Below, piece after piece: positions 26,721-36,710 of a stretch of 64,000 nucleotides of DNA. Position 1 is the first letter of the stretch. Each line of letters starts with the position of its first letter. Source of the stretch: a virus. The notes under the pieces are model-generated. The model was not told where the DNA came from and did no database searches. It saw only the letters and a list, made by a program, of their open reading frames with translations. Where the stretch lies: positions 1 to 64,000 of IMG/VR virus record IMGVR_UViG_3300001041_000017. One strand, given 5' to 3'. The position numbers and the translations under genes are program-made.

Positions 26721-28484
26721 ATGTCGGTTGTAATAGAACCAGTTAATAACTGGTTAGGTATCGGAAGTAATACTTTTACCAATATAGGTAGCTCTGGAAT
26801 GTCTTATCCTTTAGCCCCTCCTCCGATACAACAAGCGGATAATTTATTCCCAGACCTACTTCAAGAATCAGATACTTATTATAAAGAAAATACTTCAGAA
26901 TTTTATTCAGATCTTATTTTAAACATAACAATACCAGAAAGAACTTCTTTAGACGAGGCATATTATTTAGAGTATACCTATTGTGTTGGTGGGATGCCTC
27001 AAGATTATTTAGCATTTCTTATAAACAATTCGATAAGAAAAACAACTCATTCACCTTCCGTCTGGAAGAAGAGTGAGAAAATATATCTCCCCTACGGGGA
27101 TTTAGAATTAATCTGGAGATATTATAAAATAGTAGTTGATGATTTAACAAAAATAGAAACAATAGATGTATCAAAAACCTATAGAATGACATCTGGTAAA
27201 TGGGATGGTCCGTATGCAGATACTATAAATACCGTAAGTTCTGCTGCTGGAGTAGATCCTAGATTAACAGCCATGATAATTAAGAAAGAATCTGGTTTTA
27301 ACGCTAAAGCTTTAAATAAAAAATCTGGTTGTTCCGGATTAATGCAAATATTACCTTCAAACAATAGATATTTAGGAATAACTAACGCTTACGATTATTT
27401 GCAAAATATTCAGGGTGGTGTTAAGTTATTTTCTGAATATCTTAAACAAGTAAACGGAGACGTTAGGTTTGCTCTGGCAGCCTATAATTGGGGACCGGGG
27501 AATGTCGAGAAAGCTGTTCGGAAATATGGTAGAGAAGAGGCTTTAAATCATGCCCCGACTGAAACTAAAGATTACGTCCAGAAAATAATAGAGCAATGGG
27601 AGGCTTTAGGTGGGAATCCTGCCGATCCTACTGCCCCTGTAGTTGTTGAGGGTGAAACCCAAGGGGAATATAAAGGGAATGGTTTTTATCAACTCCCGAT
27701 ACTTGGACCTTGGGGAAAAGCTTGTATCGGTGAAGTAAAGATAACGAAAGAAACCAAAGAAGATATAGCTTATGATAATTGGGAGGATGTTTTGAAGTTT
27801 TATGATTTAAAAACATTTTTCTTTACGGGAGTGTGGAGCAAGATTGAAGAAACTACAACATCTAATACATCTACTCCTACAAGTACAACTTCCACTCCTA
27901 CTACAGATATTCAGAAGTTAACATCGGAACAAATTGAATATATTCAACAGCAATTAAAAAACGGTGGTTATTATGGTGGAGTAGTTAACGGTATTTATAG
28001 TATAGAAATAGGAATATCTTTAAAGAATTTTAAAACTGCTGCCGGACTGTCAGCTAACACTAGCTACGATCAAGAAACCTCCGATGCTTTATACTTTTTT
28101 ATTAAACATCAATCTGGAGGTAGACAGATATCAGAGCATTTTAATGAAGATGAATTTGCTTGTCATGCCGATAATTCCGTTATGGTTCAACCAAAATTAA
28201 TAAAATTGTTAGAACAATTAAGAAATGCTATTGGGGTAGGAGTTAATATAAATAGTGGATATAGAACTCCAGAATATAATGCTACTCTTTCCGGGGCAGC
28301 TTTAAATTCTTATCATATAAAAGGTATGGCTGCCGATATCTCCCCTATCGACGGTTCTTCTTCCACTCTCCAATTGATAGCTTCAAAAGCTAGAGAATTA
28401 GGATTTGGTGGAGTAGCCTTATATTCAAGCGGATTTGTTCATGTAGATACCGGTCCCAAGAGAGATAGTTGGACTGGAGCGTAA
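26721..28484 (+). CDS. Tail-associated lysin: SLT lytic transglycosylase, PG-binding domain and M15A peptidase
   Basis: IKKESGFN, GLMQI, ALAAYNWGPG, ETKDYV; IQQQLKNGGYY.G.V.G; SGYRT..YN, SYHIKGMAADI, FVHVD. Confidence 0.88.
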   Translation: MSVVIEPVNNWLGIGSNTFTNIGSSGMSYPLAPPPIQQADNLFPDLLQESDTYYKENTSEFYSDLILNITIPERTSLDEAYYLEYTYCVGGMPQDYLAFLINNSIRKTTHSPSVWKKSEKIYLPYGDLELIWRYYKIVVDDLTKIETIDVSKTYRMTSGKWDGPYADTINTVSSAAGVDPRLTAMIIKKESGFNAKALNKKSGCSGLMQILPSNNRYLGITNAYDYLQNIQGGVKLFSEYLKQVNGDVRFALAAYNWGPGNVEKAVRKYGREEALNHAPTETKDYVQKIIEQWEALGGNPADPTAPVVVEGETQGEYKGNGFYQLPILGPWGKACIGEVKITKETKEDIAYDNWEDVLKFYDLKTFFFTGVWSKIEETTTSNTSTPTSTTSTPTTDIQKLTSEQIEYIQQQLKNGGYYGGVVNGIYSIEIGISLKNFKTAAGLSANTSYDQETSDALYFFIKHQSGGRQISEHFNEDEFACHADNSVMVQPKLIKLLEQLRNAIGVGVNINSGYRTPEYNATLSGAALNSYHIKGMAADISPIDGSSSTLQLIASKARELGFGGVALYSSGFVHVDTGPKRDSWTGA

Positions 28485-28499
28485 AGGGAGTGATGAATT

Positions 28500-28880
28500 A
28501 TGATCGGAACGATGGAACAGCAATTATCCGAATTTATAGATAGATGGTTTCAAAATAAAATAACGGATGGAAATAGAACTCAGAATTCTTCTTCAACATC
28601 TCCAACGGTAGTAATAAATACTCCTGAAGAGGTATTTATTCCAGATGAACATATTAGACTTTTTTATAATTCTGAAAACAAAGGGAGATTAGAAAAAGTA
28701 GTAACAGGTAGTAGTATTATTTCTCTGGTTGAAATAAAAAATAGATTAGAAAAAGTATTTACAGAAACATTGCAGGGAAAAACAGAAACGGCATTAACTT
28801 ACGATGATCTTAATAGATTGACAGACGTTATTATAAAACAAGTTGTAGAAATAGACGATCCTCCATTGGAGGACGTATAG
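28500..28880 (+). CDS. Tail-associated hypothetical protein
   Basis: ORF with RBS in the tail operon. Confidence 0.6.
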   Translation: MIGTMEQQLSEFIDRWFQNKITDGNRTQNSSSTSPTVVINTPEEVFIPDEHIRLFYNSENKGRLEKVVTGSSIISLVEIKNRLEKVFTETLQGKTETALTYDDLNRLTDVIIKQVVEIDDPPLEDV

Positions 28881-28881
28881 T

Positions 28882-31158
28882 ATGGTTTGGGTAAATACAA
28901 AAATATCTGAAGGGAGCCCAATTGAAGACTTAACAAATGTTATGGAGAGTAACGGTTGGGGTTTGGAAAGTAAATATAGCAGAATGGTTATTCCCTCAGA
29001 TTTTATTAAACCTAAAAGGATAACCATTCCGGTATTAAGAAATGATGATTTTAGTTATATCCCAATACCTCAAGAAATTAAGCGTATTAATAGCAAAAAA
29101 TATAGAAATTATTATTTATTCAAAGATGGAGAAGAAATAGTTTCTGATATACTAGGGCCGGTTATAGTTATAGAAAGAGATGACCTAGATTCAGTAGATA
29201 TGTATATAAGCCCAATAGAAGAAGGGGAGATCTTAGAAACCTCTGTTGGTATTCATTATATTTTTCAAAGTATTTTTGACGAAAGATTTATTTTGGGTAT
29301 TTCTTTTTATTTAGAAATAAAAGAGTCTGTGTTTTCGTTACTTAATAATAATTCTATGCCGATAACTGTACCTGGGGTGGACAGGATGATTATTAAAAAC
29401 GAAGAAGATTGTATCGGAAGTATTCTTAATAAAACAATGTCTAAAAGAGTTTTCCCTTCATCTTGGTATGTTTATTCTTTGAAATCTCTTAGTGATCATC
29501 TTTTAAGTGACCACGATATTTCTATTATTAAAAACTCTTTTATTTTTTTTAGCAAAGAAAACGATGATATAAAAAGAGTATGCTTAGATGTAGAAACAGA
29601 AACTTATTGGAATGAAAAAGAAGAAGTTAAAAGTAAAGGTTATCCTCAAATTATGCAATCACCAATAATAGAAATGAATTTAAGAAAACCAGATTTAGAG
29701 GATTATAGTTACGACAATACTTTGAAGATTAAAAAGATGAATACAAACTGGTGGAAAAATAGCAAAATATCCGTCGTTGGAAGAATAGATTCAAGGACTA
29801 TTTTTCTTATATTTCAAACTGATAATACTCCTTCTTTTGAGGGAAATGTCATTCCAGCGATACCTCTTTATTTTGGCGATTTAGATAAGCCTCAAGATTC
29901 TGGAAGAGGAGAAACGACTCCAATTTTAATAGCTGGGACAGTTCCCAATTTATCTTTAGACGAAATTAAATCTTTTGAATTTGATAATACAGAAATAACA
30001 CAGACTCCTATATTTCCATTGCTGAAAAGTTATAAAAGTTATCCTGGGAATGGAATTGATAATGTAATGATGAGGAGAACAAATAATGGTTCTTTTTATC
30101 AAAGATGCTACTTATCATGGAATACGATTTCAGACCTTGCAAGACCTAACAGGAAGAGTTCTGAAGGGTATCAGTATCCAAGGTCTTATTACGGAGAAGA
30201 TGAATTTCTTTATCAATTTAATCCTTCGGGATATTCAGAAGAAAATGAAAATAATTCTGTTTCCTCAAAGATATATGTTATCCATCCAGAAGACGGAATA
30301 CTTGGATCTCTAAGATTTTGCATAGCAATAAATCCTCTATCTTTAATATCAGGGATGGATAAATTGAAAGTAAGAAGAGAGTGTCCTAGTTTGTTTGACA
30401 TTTATTCTTTTAGAATAATAGAATCTGTTTCTCCATTTACGAAAAGACCAGGGACACCTTACAGATATATAGGTATTGGTCTTTTAGAATTATCAGAAAA
30501 AATAATAGAAGAACCATATTTGGGGTTAGATTCTTTTGGAACTTACGAAAATAGAGTTTCTGTTTCTTTTATTTCTAATGGTAACGCTATTATATATACA
30601 ACGGATGAAACTAATCCAATAGAATCTGAAACATCCATAGATTATTTAGGTCCTTTTGTGATTGAAGAAACCACTACAATCAATGTAGTGGCAACGGACG
30701 GAGAGGGTAATTTTAGCGAGGTTGTTACTGGAGAATTTATTATAACTCCAATCGAAACTCCTGAAGATCCTCCTGAAGATCCTCCTGAAGATCCTCCTGA
30801 AGATCCTCCTTCTACAGATGGGCCTACATCTATTCCTATAAAAGCTCTTTTTGATGTGGATGGTGGAGGACCGATAGGAAGAATTTATCCTGAAGGTTTC
30901 TTAACAACTCCTTTTAGCGATATTTCTGTATTGCAATTTGTTTTATGGGATCTACAACCACAAGATACTTTATTGGATGAAGTTTTTTGGACATCAAGTA
31001 ATCCAGAAGTAGCAGAAGTTTATGTAGTAATAGAAGCTCCTTTAGCCAGAAACGCTTATTATCATGTAAGATTCAAAAGTGTAGGAACAACAACATTTAC
31101 TATCTCTAGTAGGACTAACCCTAATGTAAATTCCACATTTGTATTAACATTGCAATAA
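28882..31158 (+). CDS. Tail appendage paralogue 1, with C-terminal Fn3-associated and Big_2-like Ig domains
   Basis: Shared core MQSPI/FNPS.YS/HPEDG; IIYTTDETNP; VFWTSSNPEVAEV. Confidence 0.7.
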   Translation: MVWVNTKISEGSPIEDLTNVMESNGWGLESKYSRMVIPSDFIKPKRITIPVLRNDDFSYIPIPQEIKRINSKKYRNYYLFKDGEEIVSDILGPVIVIERDDLDSVDMYISPIEEGEILETSVGIHYIFQSIFDERFILGISFYLEIKESVFSLLNNNSMPITVPGVDRMIIKNEEDCIGSILNKTMSKRVFPSSWYVYSLKSLSDHLLSDHDISIIKNSFIFFSKENDDIKRVCLDVETETYWNEKEEVKSKGYPQIMQSPIIEMNLRKPDLEDYSYDNTLKIKKMNTNWWKNSKISVVGRIDSRTIFLIFQTDNTPSFEGNVIPAIPLYFGDLDKPQDSGRGETTPILIAGTVPNLSLDEIKSFEFDNTEITQTPIFPLLKSYKSYPGNGIDNVMMRRTNNGSFYQRCYLSWNTISDLARPNRKSSEGYQYPRSYYGEDEFLYQFNPSGYSEENENNSVSSKIYVIHPEDGILGSLRFCIAINPLSLISGMDKLKVRRECPSLFDIYSFRIIESVSPFTKRPGTPYRYIGIGLLELSEKIIEEPYLGLDSFGTYENRVSVSFISNGNAIIYTTDETNPIESETSIDYLGPFVIEETTTINVVATDGEGNFSEVVTGEFIITPIETPEDPPEDPPEDPPEDPPSTDGPTSIPIKALFDVDGGGPIGRIYPEGFLTTPFSDISVLQFVLWDLQPQDTLLDEVFWTSSNPEVAEVYVVIEAPLARNAYYHVRFKSVGTTTFTISSRTNPNVNSTFVLTLQ
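30760..30810 (+). repeat. 12-bp tandem repeat x4 (CCTGAAGATCCT) encoding a PEDP linker
   Basis: Read directly from the sequence. Confidence 0.95.
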
Positions 31159-31197
31159 ATATTTTCTTACGCTTAGAGATAAATTATTGAAAGGGGA

Positions 31198-31626
31198 GTG
31201 ATGGGATTGGCTGAAAGTTTTTCAGTAAATTATTTAGCCGGAGGAAGATTAAACTCTCCCTGGTTCCCAACAAAAACAGAACCATATATTGAAGGTCTTA
31301 TTTTACCGATAAATAATTCTGTTTTAGAAACACCTAAAATACTAACTTTAGATTTTGATACAGAAATGTTATCAATGTCTATAGCAGCAGAAAGATATGA
31401 AATATTTGATTATTGGAAATTATTCATTAATAACAAGATAGTTATGAAAAATATTTATATGAAAAAGATACCAGAGGGGGTATTTTTAATGGTTGCAAAA
31501 AGTATACCTGCAAATACTCCAATATTATTAGTATTCTATAACCAAAGTCAAGTAGCAAATCATGTCTGGGTTAATTATCAGTTTTTAAGAGATCCAGAAG
31601 AAGATATAATAGAGGATGAACAATAA
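31198..31626 (+). CDS. Small tail appendage protein
   Basis: ORF with RBS inside the paralogue cluster. Confidence 0.65.
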   Translation: MMGLAESFSVNYLAGGRLNSPWFPTKTEPYIEGLILPINNSVLETPKILTLDFDTEMLSMSIAAERYEIFDYWKLFINNKIVMKNIYMKKIPEGVFLMVAKSIPANTPILLVFYNQSQVANHVWVNYQFLRDPEEDIIEDEQ

Positions 31627-33212
31627 TGTCCTGGGTAAATACAACAGTCCAAGAAGGTTTATTTTTAGAAGGAATTGCAGAAATATTAGAACCTGAAGGT
31701 TGGGAACTTTTAAAGAAATACAATAAGATAGTTTGTCCTAAAGAGTTTTTTATTATTGAAAAAATAGAATTAACTCTTCCGGCAAACACAACAACTTTAG
31801 AAATACCTCTGGGGTTAAAAAACGCTCCAGAGGGTATTATCCGAGGATTTCTTCTTTTCGAAAAAGAAACTGGTCTTATAGAAGAATATTCTTCAGGGAT
31901 AAATAATATTTACATTGAGAGCAAAGTTTATGATAGGGCTTATGTTCTATTCTACAATAACGTAAACCTATCCTCTGTTATGAATTTTAATATATCGTCT
32001 CATTATATTTTCAAAAATCAAGATGGATTAACTTTTGGATTAGCCTTATATTTAGAAACAACAAAAACTATAATAGAAATTCTAGAAAAATCATTACTTC
32101 CGTTTATTACTCCAAAAGACAATCTGGAAGACGAGAATACAAAAATAATTGCCGATAATGTTTTTTCTTCCTGGTTAATAGATTCTTCAAAACAATACTT
32201 TGAAAGATCTACATTATATTCGTATATGATTGAAAGTTTACAAGAAGAGATTATAAATAAGGAAGAAGAACTTTTTCCTTGGGAAGACAATGATACAGCT
32301 AAAAATTATTCTTTAGACCAAGAAACCATTTCTTATTTTGAATACAATCCTCTAGAGGATGAATACGAATTGAAAGTTGACAATTTTCCTGAAACAATGC
32401 AATCACCAATAGTTCCCATAAATATTAGAAGACATTCTCTAGATAATGTCTATAAGGATAATGATTTAGGTATAGATATTTATGATACTAATTGGTGGGA
32501 AGATAGTGATATTAAAGTAAAAGGGCAATTAGATTACCGAACTATATTTTTAATAATTGAGGCAGACAATACTTCTGCTTTTGAAGGAAATGTTGTTTCG
32601 ACAGTTCCTTTTTATTTTGGAGAAATAGATTTAGAAGAAACAGAAGAAAGAACAATAGTATTAATAACAGGAACAACTCCAAACGAAACAAATTATAACT
32701 TTGATGATTCATCTAATGAACCTATAGAAACAATATTACCGTTATCTAAAACTTACGAATCGAATCCGGCAAATGCTATTAATAATGTTATGGTTATGAA
32801 AAATAAAAACGGGTCATATTATAAATCTCATTATCTGTCTTGGAATACTATTTCTAATCTAGTATCTCCAGACCGAATAGGGAATAATAAATATCCGAGG
32901 TCTTGGGGTCAGAATTCAGAAGATGAATTTCTTTATCAATTTAATCCTTCGGGATATTCAGAAGAAGGAATGTCTTCTGAGATTTCTGTTATAAGCCCTG
33001 AAGAGGGAGTTAGGGGTAATTTAAGATTATGTGTTGCAATAAATCCTCTTTCTTTAATAGATGAGGATAAATTGAAGGCTACGAGTGAATTTTGTCCTAA
33101 TAAATACGATTATTATATCTTCAAAGAAATAAGTGGAATATCACCATTTACAAGTAGGCCTAGCACAGTTTATAGACCTATGGGTATTGGTATTTTTGAA
33201 AAAACAGAATAA
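31626..33212 (+). CDS. Tail appendage paralogue 2
   Basis: MQSPIVP, TNWW, FEGNV, FNPSGYS, SPFT.RP.T.YRP. Confidence 0.7.
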   Translation: MSWVNTTVQEGLFLEGIAEILEPEGWELLKKYNKIVCPKEFFIIEKIELTLPANTTTLEIPLGLKNAPEGIIRGFLLFEKETGLIEEYSSGINNIYIESKVYDRAYVLFYNNVNLSSVMNFNISSHYIFKNQDGLTFGLALYLETTKTIIEILEKSLLPFITPKDNLEDENTKIIADNVFSSWLIDSSKQYFERSTLYSYMIESLQEEIINKEEELFPWEDNDTAKNYSLDQETISYFEYNPLEDEYELKVDNFPETMQSPIVPINIRRHSLDNVYKDNDLGIDIYDTNWWEDSDIKVKGQLDYRTIFLIIEADNTSAFEGNVVSTVPFYFGEIDLEETEERTIVLITGTTPNETNYNFDDSSNEPIETILPLSKTYESNPANAINNVMVMKNKNGSYYKSHYLSWNTISNLVSPDRIGNNKYPRSWGQNSEDEFLYQFNPSGYSEEGMSSEISVISPEEGVRGNLRLCVAINPLSLIDEDKLKATSEFCPNKYDYYIFKEISGISPFTSRPSTVYRPMGIGIFEKTE

Positions 33213-33227
33213 AGGAGGTTTTAGGAA

Positions 33228-34694
33228 ATGCCTTGGATAGATGAGAAAATGATCGAAGAATCTAAAATTCAAATTGGGTTTCAAGAATTATTGGAATCTG
33301 AAGGATGGACTTTAGAATCGCATTTCAAGAAAGTTGTTTTTGGAGCGAATTTTATAAACCCAATTTCTCCTTTACAGAGTAATTTTCCTATAGAATTTCA
33401 TATTGCAGAGCATTTTATTTTTTCACCACAAAAACCAGAAGGTGTAGAAAGTCCTGATATTTACTTCGGTTTAGCTTCTTATGGATATTTTGAAATGTTT
33501 TATGGATCTATTCCCGTAGATATAGTACCAATATTAGATACCGAAGAAATTCCAACACCTGAAAATGGTATAGAAATCAAAGATAAAACAGGTTACAAAT
33601 TGCTTGGTGAGTGGGTTACTTCCAAATTCCCTAACTACAGAAGAAATTCTACTATCTATACTTATATGACAGAAAAGATTCCAGATATCACAGACGGAGA
33701 AGACGTAGTTATGGCATGGGATGAGGGTATATTGGGTGATTTTAAGAAAGCTTCTTTGGATATAGAAATTAAAAAGACTGGTTTTTTGAAATTTAGTGCC
33801 AGTCCTGTTTTTAAAATTTTTGTTGCAAAACCAGAATGTATGCAATCTCCCATAGTTCCTATAAATCTACGAACACCAGATTTAGAAGTAAAGAATACAA
33901 ACTATAACGAAGGTTTTTTAGTAAGCACGAATAACTTATGGTCAGATAGTCTTTTAAGATTATCTGGACATTTAGATGAAAATTCTTTATTTTTTATTTT
34001 ACAAGCCGACAATTCCGGCAATTTTGAAAATAATCTAGTTCCCTCAATACCTCTATATTGGGGTAAAATAGAGTCTCTTTCTGAAACAGATAAATATTCA
34101 GATGTAATAATAACCGGAAGTGCCTTAGAATCAAAAGAATCTTTTATAGACTATGATAGTTCCGATCCATTTATTTCCCCAGAAGATTCTTCTATAATGC
34201 CAATACTTAAGAATTATGGTTCTCTTTGTGGAAATGGAATTGATAATATAATGATTCATAGATCTAAATATGGTTCTAGGTATCAAGCAGGATATCTTAG
34301 TTGGAATGCCCCACCTAATAGTATGCCTCCAGAAAGATCTAAAATAATATCGGGACCTTCAGGATCTTCCGTTTTGGATTATCCTAGAGCGTATCTGGAT
34401 TCTTTGATGAATTATAAATTTAATCCTTCGGCTTATAGTAATAAAATTCATAGTTCTAGGGCTTACGTCGTTCATCCGGAAGAGGGGGTTCGGGGATTTC
34501 TCCCAAACATAATACTTTTCCCTGGAATGTCGATGATTAATTCAGATAAACTAAAAATAAGGAAAGCAAACTGTCCTAATAAATTCGATCTTTATAGGTA
34601 TTTTTCTATTGGATCAATATCCCCTTTTACAAAAAGACCGGGAACAGTTTATAGGCCGGCAGGTATCGGGTTTTACGAAAAGGAGATGGAATAA
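33228..34694 (+). CDS. Tail appendage paralogue 3
   Basis: MQSPIVP, GNGIDN, FNPSAYS, VHPEEGVRG, SPFTKRPGT. Confidence 0.7.
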   Translation: MPWIDEKMIEESKIQIGFQELLESEGWTLESHFKKVVFGANFINPISPLQSNFPIEFHIAEHFIFSPQKPEGVESPDIYFGLASYGYFEMFYGSIPVDIVPILDTEEIPTPENGIEIKDKTGYKLLGEWVTSKFPNYRRNSTIYTYMTEKIPDITDGEDVVMAWDEGILGDFKKASLDIEIKKTGFLKFSASPVFKIFVAKPECMQSPIVPINLRTPDLEVKNTNYNEGFLVSTNNLWSDSLLRLSGHLDENSLFFILQADNSGNFENNLVPSIPLYWGKIESLSETDKYSDVIITGSALESKESFIDYDSSDPFISPEDSSIMPILKNYGSLCGNGIDNIMIHRSKYGSRYQAGYLSWNAPPNSMPPERSKIISGPSGSSVLDYPRAYLDSLMNYKFNPSAYSNKIHSSRAYVVHPEEGVRGFLPNIILFPGMSMINSDKLKIRKANCPNKFDLYRYFSIGSISPFTKRPGTVYRPAGIGFYEKEME

Positions 34695-36692
34695 ATGTGG
34701 GTTGATTATTCTTCATATGTCCAATCTATTGTCGATGATTTAAGTACAGAGTTGTCGAAAAACGGTTGGAATAATTTTTTAAAGTATAGAATAAAAAATG
34801 GTTTTAATTTTGGAGAGGTTAGGCTTTTTAAGTCTCTAGGATCAGATCTCCAAACTAGATTTCTAGGAATTGTCTACGGATACAATACATCCAATTCATT
34901 GTTTAACGATAACAGAATTATTTTTAACGATTCCCCTTTAGGTTTAGTAGGACTTGGGGATGGGGTTAAAACTGATTTTCAATTAAAACTATATCCAGTT
35001 GATACTTCTATTTTTACTCTTTACAAAAATGGAGTAGAAATAAAATCAACAGATTATACATTAGAAAAAGAAAGAGGAAGGATAAGATTTTCTGTAGCAC
35101 CAGAACTAAATAGTCTTATAACAGTAACATATAAATTAGGAAGTTCTGCTCCAGAGCCTCCTACTAAACTAATATTCTTTACTTTTAACAATATATTTTT
35201 AGAAAATCAGAGTTTAATACAAGATGGAGGAAGTCCGGTCTCAATAGGAACTGGTAATGGTACTACCACAAAATTTCTTATACCTAATACTCCTATTAAA
35301 CCAGATTCTCTTACTGTTTATCTCAATGGAGTAACTACCTCTAATTACACGATAGATTACACCCTGGGAGAAGTGACATTTAATACTGCTCCATTATCTC
35401 AAGTAGAAATAACAGCAAAATACTTAATACTTTTCAACAGTGAATTAGATGTAACTATAGGAACTGGGGATGGAGAAGAAACAGAATTCTCCGTACCTAT
35501 AAAACCAATAAAAGAGGATTCTCTGTTAGAAGTTACGGTTGGTGGATTATTAAAAGAAATAGATACTGATTATACAGTTAACTATGTAGAAGGAATAATA
35601 GACTTTGAAAACGCTCCAGGAACAGGTCAAAAAATAGATGTTATATATACAACGACTATTTATAATAGCACTTCTATAGGAGATTTTTCAGTAACTATTC
35701 CAGATATATCTTCAGCAACTTTTGATGGCTTAAATACTCAGTCTCTAATGGGGGCTGTTTATAATTCATTGAATTATTCATTCCCTTCACTTCCGACAGT
35801 TGTTTCTTTTACTTCGGAAACAAACTTTGGTAGAGGATGGCAGAGAGATAGTTCTATCTATTTCTGGGGAAACATTAATAAGGATAGAATGATTTTATTT
35901 ATAAGACCAGATCCGGCTGTAGGAGCAGAATTAGCCTACTTCTCCACTTTGTACGCTGGAAGACTACAAACAATAGGGAAATCTCCAAGAAAGAATATGG
36001 TTCTTATTGGTGGGTGTAAAGATACTGATGAAATTTTATGGTCAGCAAATAAAAAACTTGGAAATTCCATAGTTGATTACGGACCGGGGACAAGTAATGG
36101 AAATTCTAGTCCTTTACTACAACAATCAATAGGTGGAGCATATTATCAAACTCATTATTTTGCTTTTATAACTCACGACAAAGCAATAGATTCAGGAGAA
36201 GGAAGATACAATCCTTCGGTTTATTCCGGTAAATATCATTTATCTGAAATATATTTGGTTCATCCTAACGACGGGTATGTAGGAAAACTGGACGATGTTT
36301 TTGCTATGCACCCGAAAAATGTTTATCAAAATAATGAGTTTGAAATTCAGGAAGATGTCAGTCTTTATCAGGTTGGAACTGGTGACGGAATCAATAAGAT
36401 ATTCCATGTCCCTCATGCCCCTACAGGTGGGAAAGAGGGTCTTGTAGTAACAATCAATAGTGAAGATGAATGTATTGAAACAACAGGTTTTGTTTATGAC
36501 GAAGAAACAAAAACAATAACCTTAAATACAGCAGCAGTAAATAAAGCTATTATTTTGGTATCTTATTCTTACAACCATGTTTATAAATTTGTCTTACCTA
36601 CGACTCCCAGAACCCCTTACAGAATAGATGGGATAACCCCATACAATCCTATTGGACTGGCTGTATTCAAAGAAAAAGATCCTGTAGAATAA
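34695..36692 (+). CDS. Tail appendage paralogue 4 with four G.GDG..T.F (DUF2460-like) modules
   Basis: GLGDGVKTDF, GTGNGTTTKF, GTGDGEETEF, GTGDGINKIF; YNPSVYS, VHPNDG. Confidence 0.7.
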   Translation: MWVDYSSYVQSIVDDLSTELSKNGWNNFLKYRIKNGFNFGEVRLFKSLGSDLQTRFLGIVYGYNTSNSLFNDNRIIFNDSPLGLVGLGDGVKTDFQLKLYPVDTSIFTLYKNGVEIKSTDYTLEKERGRIRFSVAPELNSLITVTYKLGSSAPEPPTKLIFFTFNNIFLENQSLIQDGGSPVSIGTGNGTTTKFLIPNTPIKPDSLTVYLNGVTTSNYTIDYTLGEVTFNTAPLSQVEITAKYLILFNSELDVTIGTGDGEETEFSVPIKPIKEDSLLEVTVGGLLKEIDTDYTVNYVEGIIDFENAPGTGQKIDVIYTTTIYNSTSIGDFSVTIPDISSATFDGLNTQSLMGAVYNSLNYSFPSLPTVVSFTSETNFGRGWQRDSSIYFWGNINKDRMILFIRPDPAVGAELAYFSTLYAGRLQTIGKSPRKNMVLIGGCKDTDEILWSANKKLGNSIVDYGPGTSNGNSSPLLQQSIGGAYYQTHYFAFITHDKAIDSGEGRYNPSVYSGKYHLSEIYLVHPNDGYVGKLDDVFAMHPKNVYQNNEFEIQEDVSLYQVGTGDGINKIFHVPHAPTGGKEGLVVTINSEDECIETTGFVYDEETKTITLNTAAVNKAIILVSYSYNHVYKFVLPTTPRTPYRIDGITPYNPIGLAVFKEKDPVE

Positions 36693-36710
36693 AATAAAGG
36701 GGAGACGATT

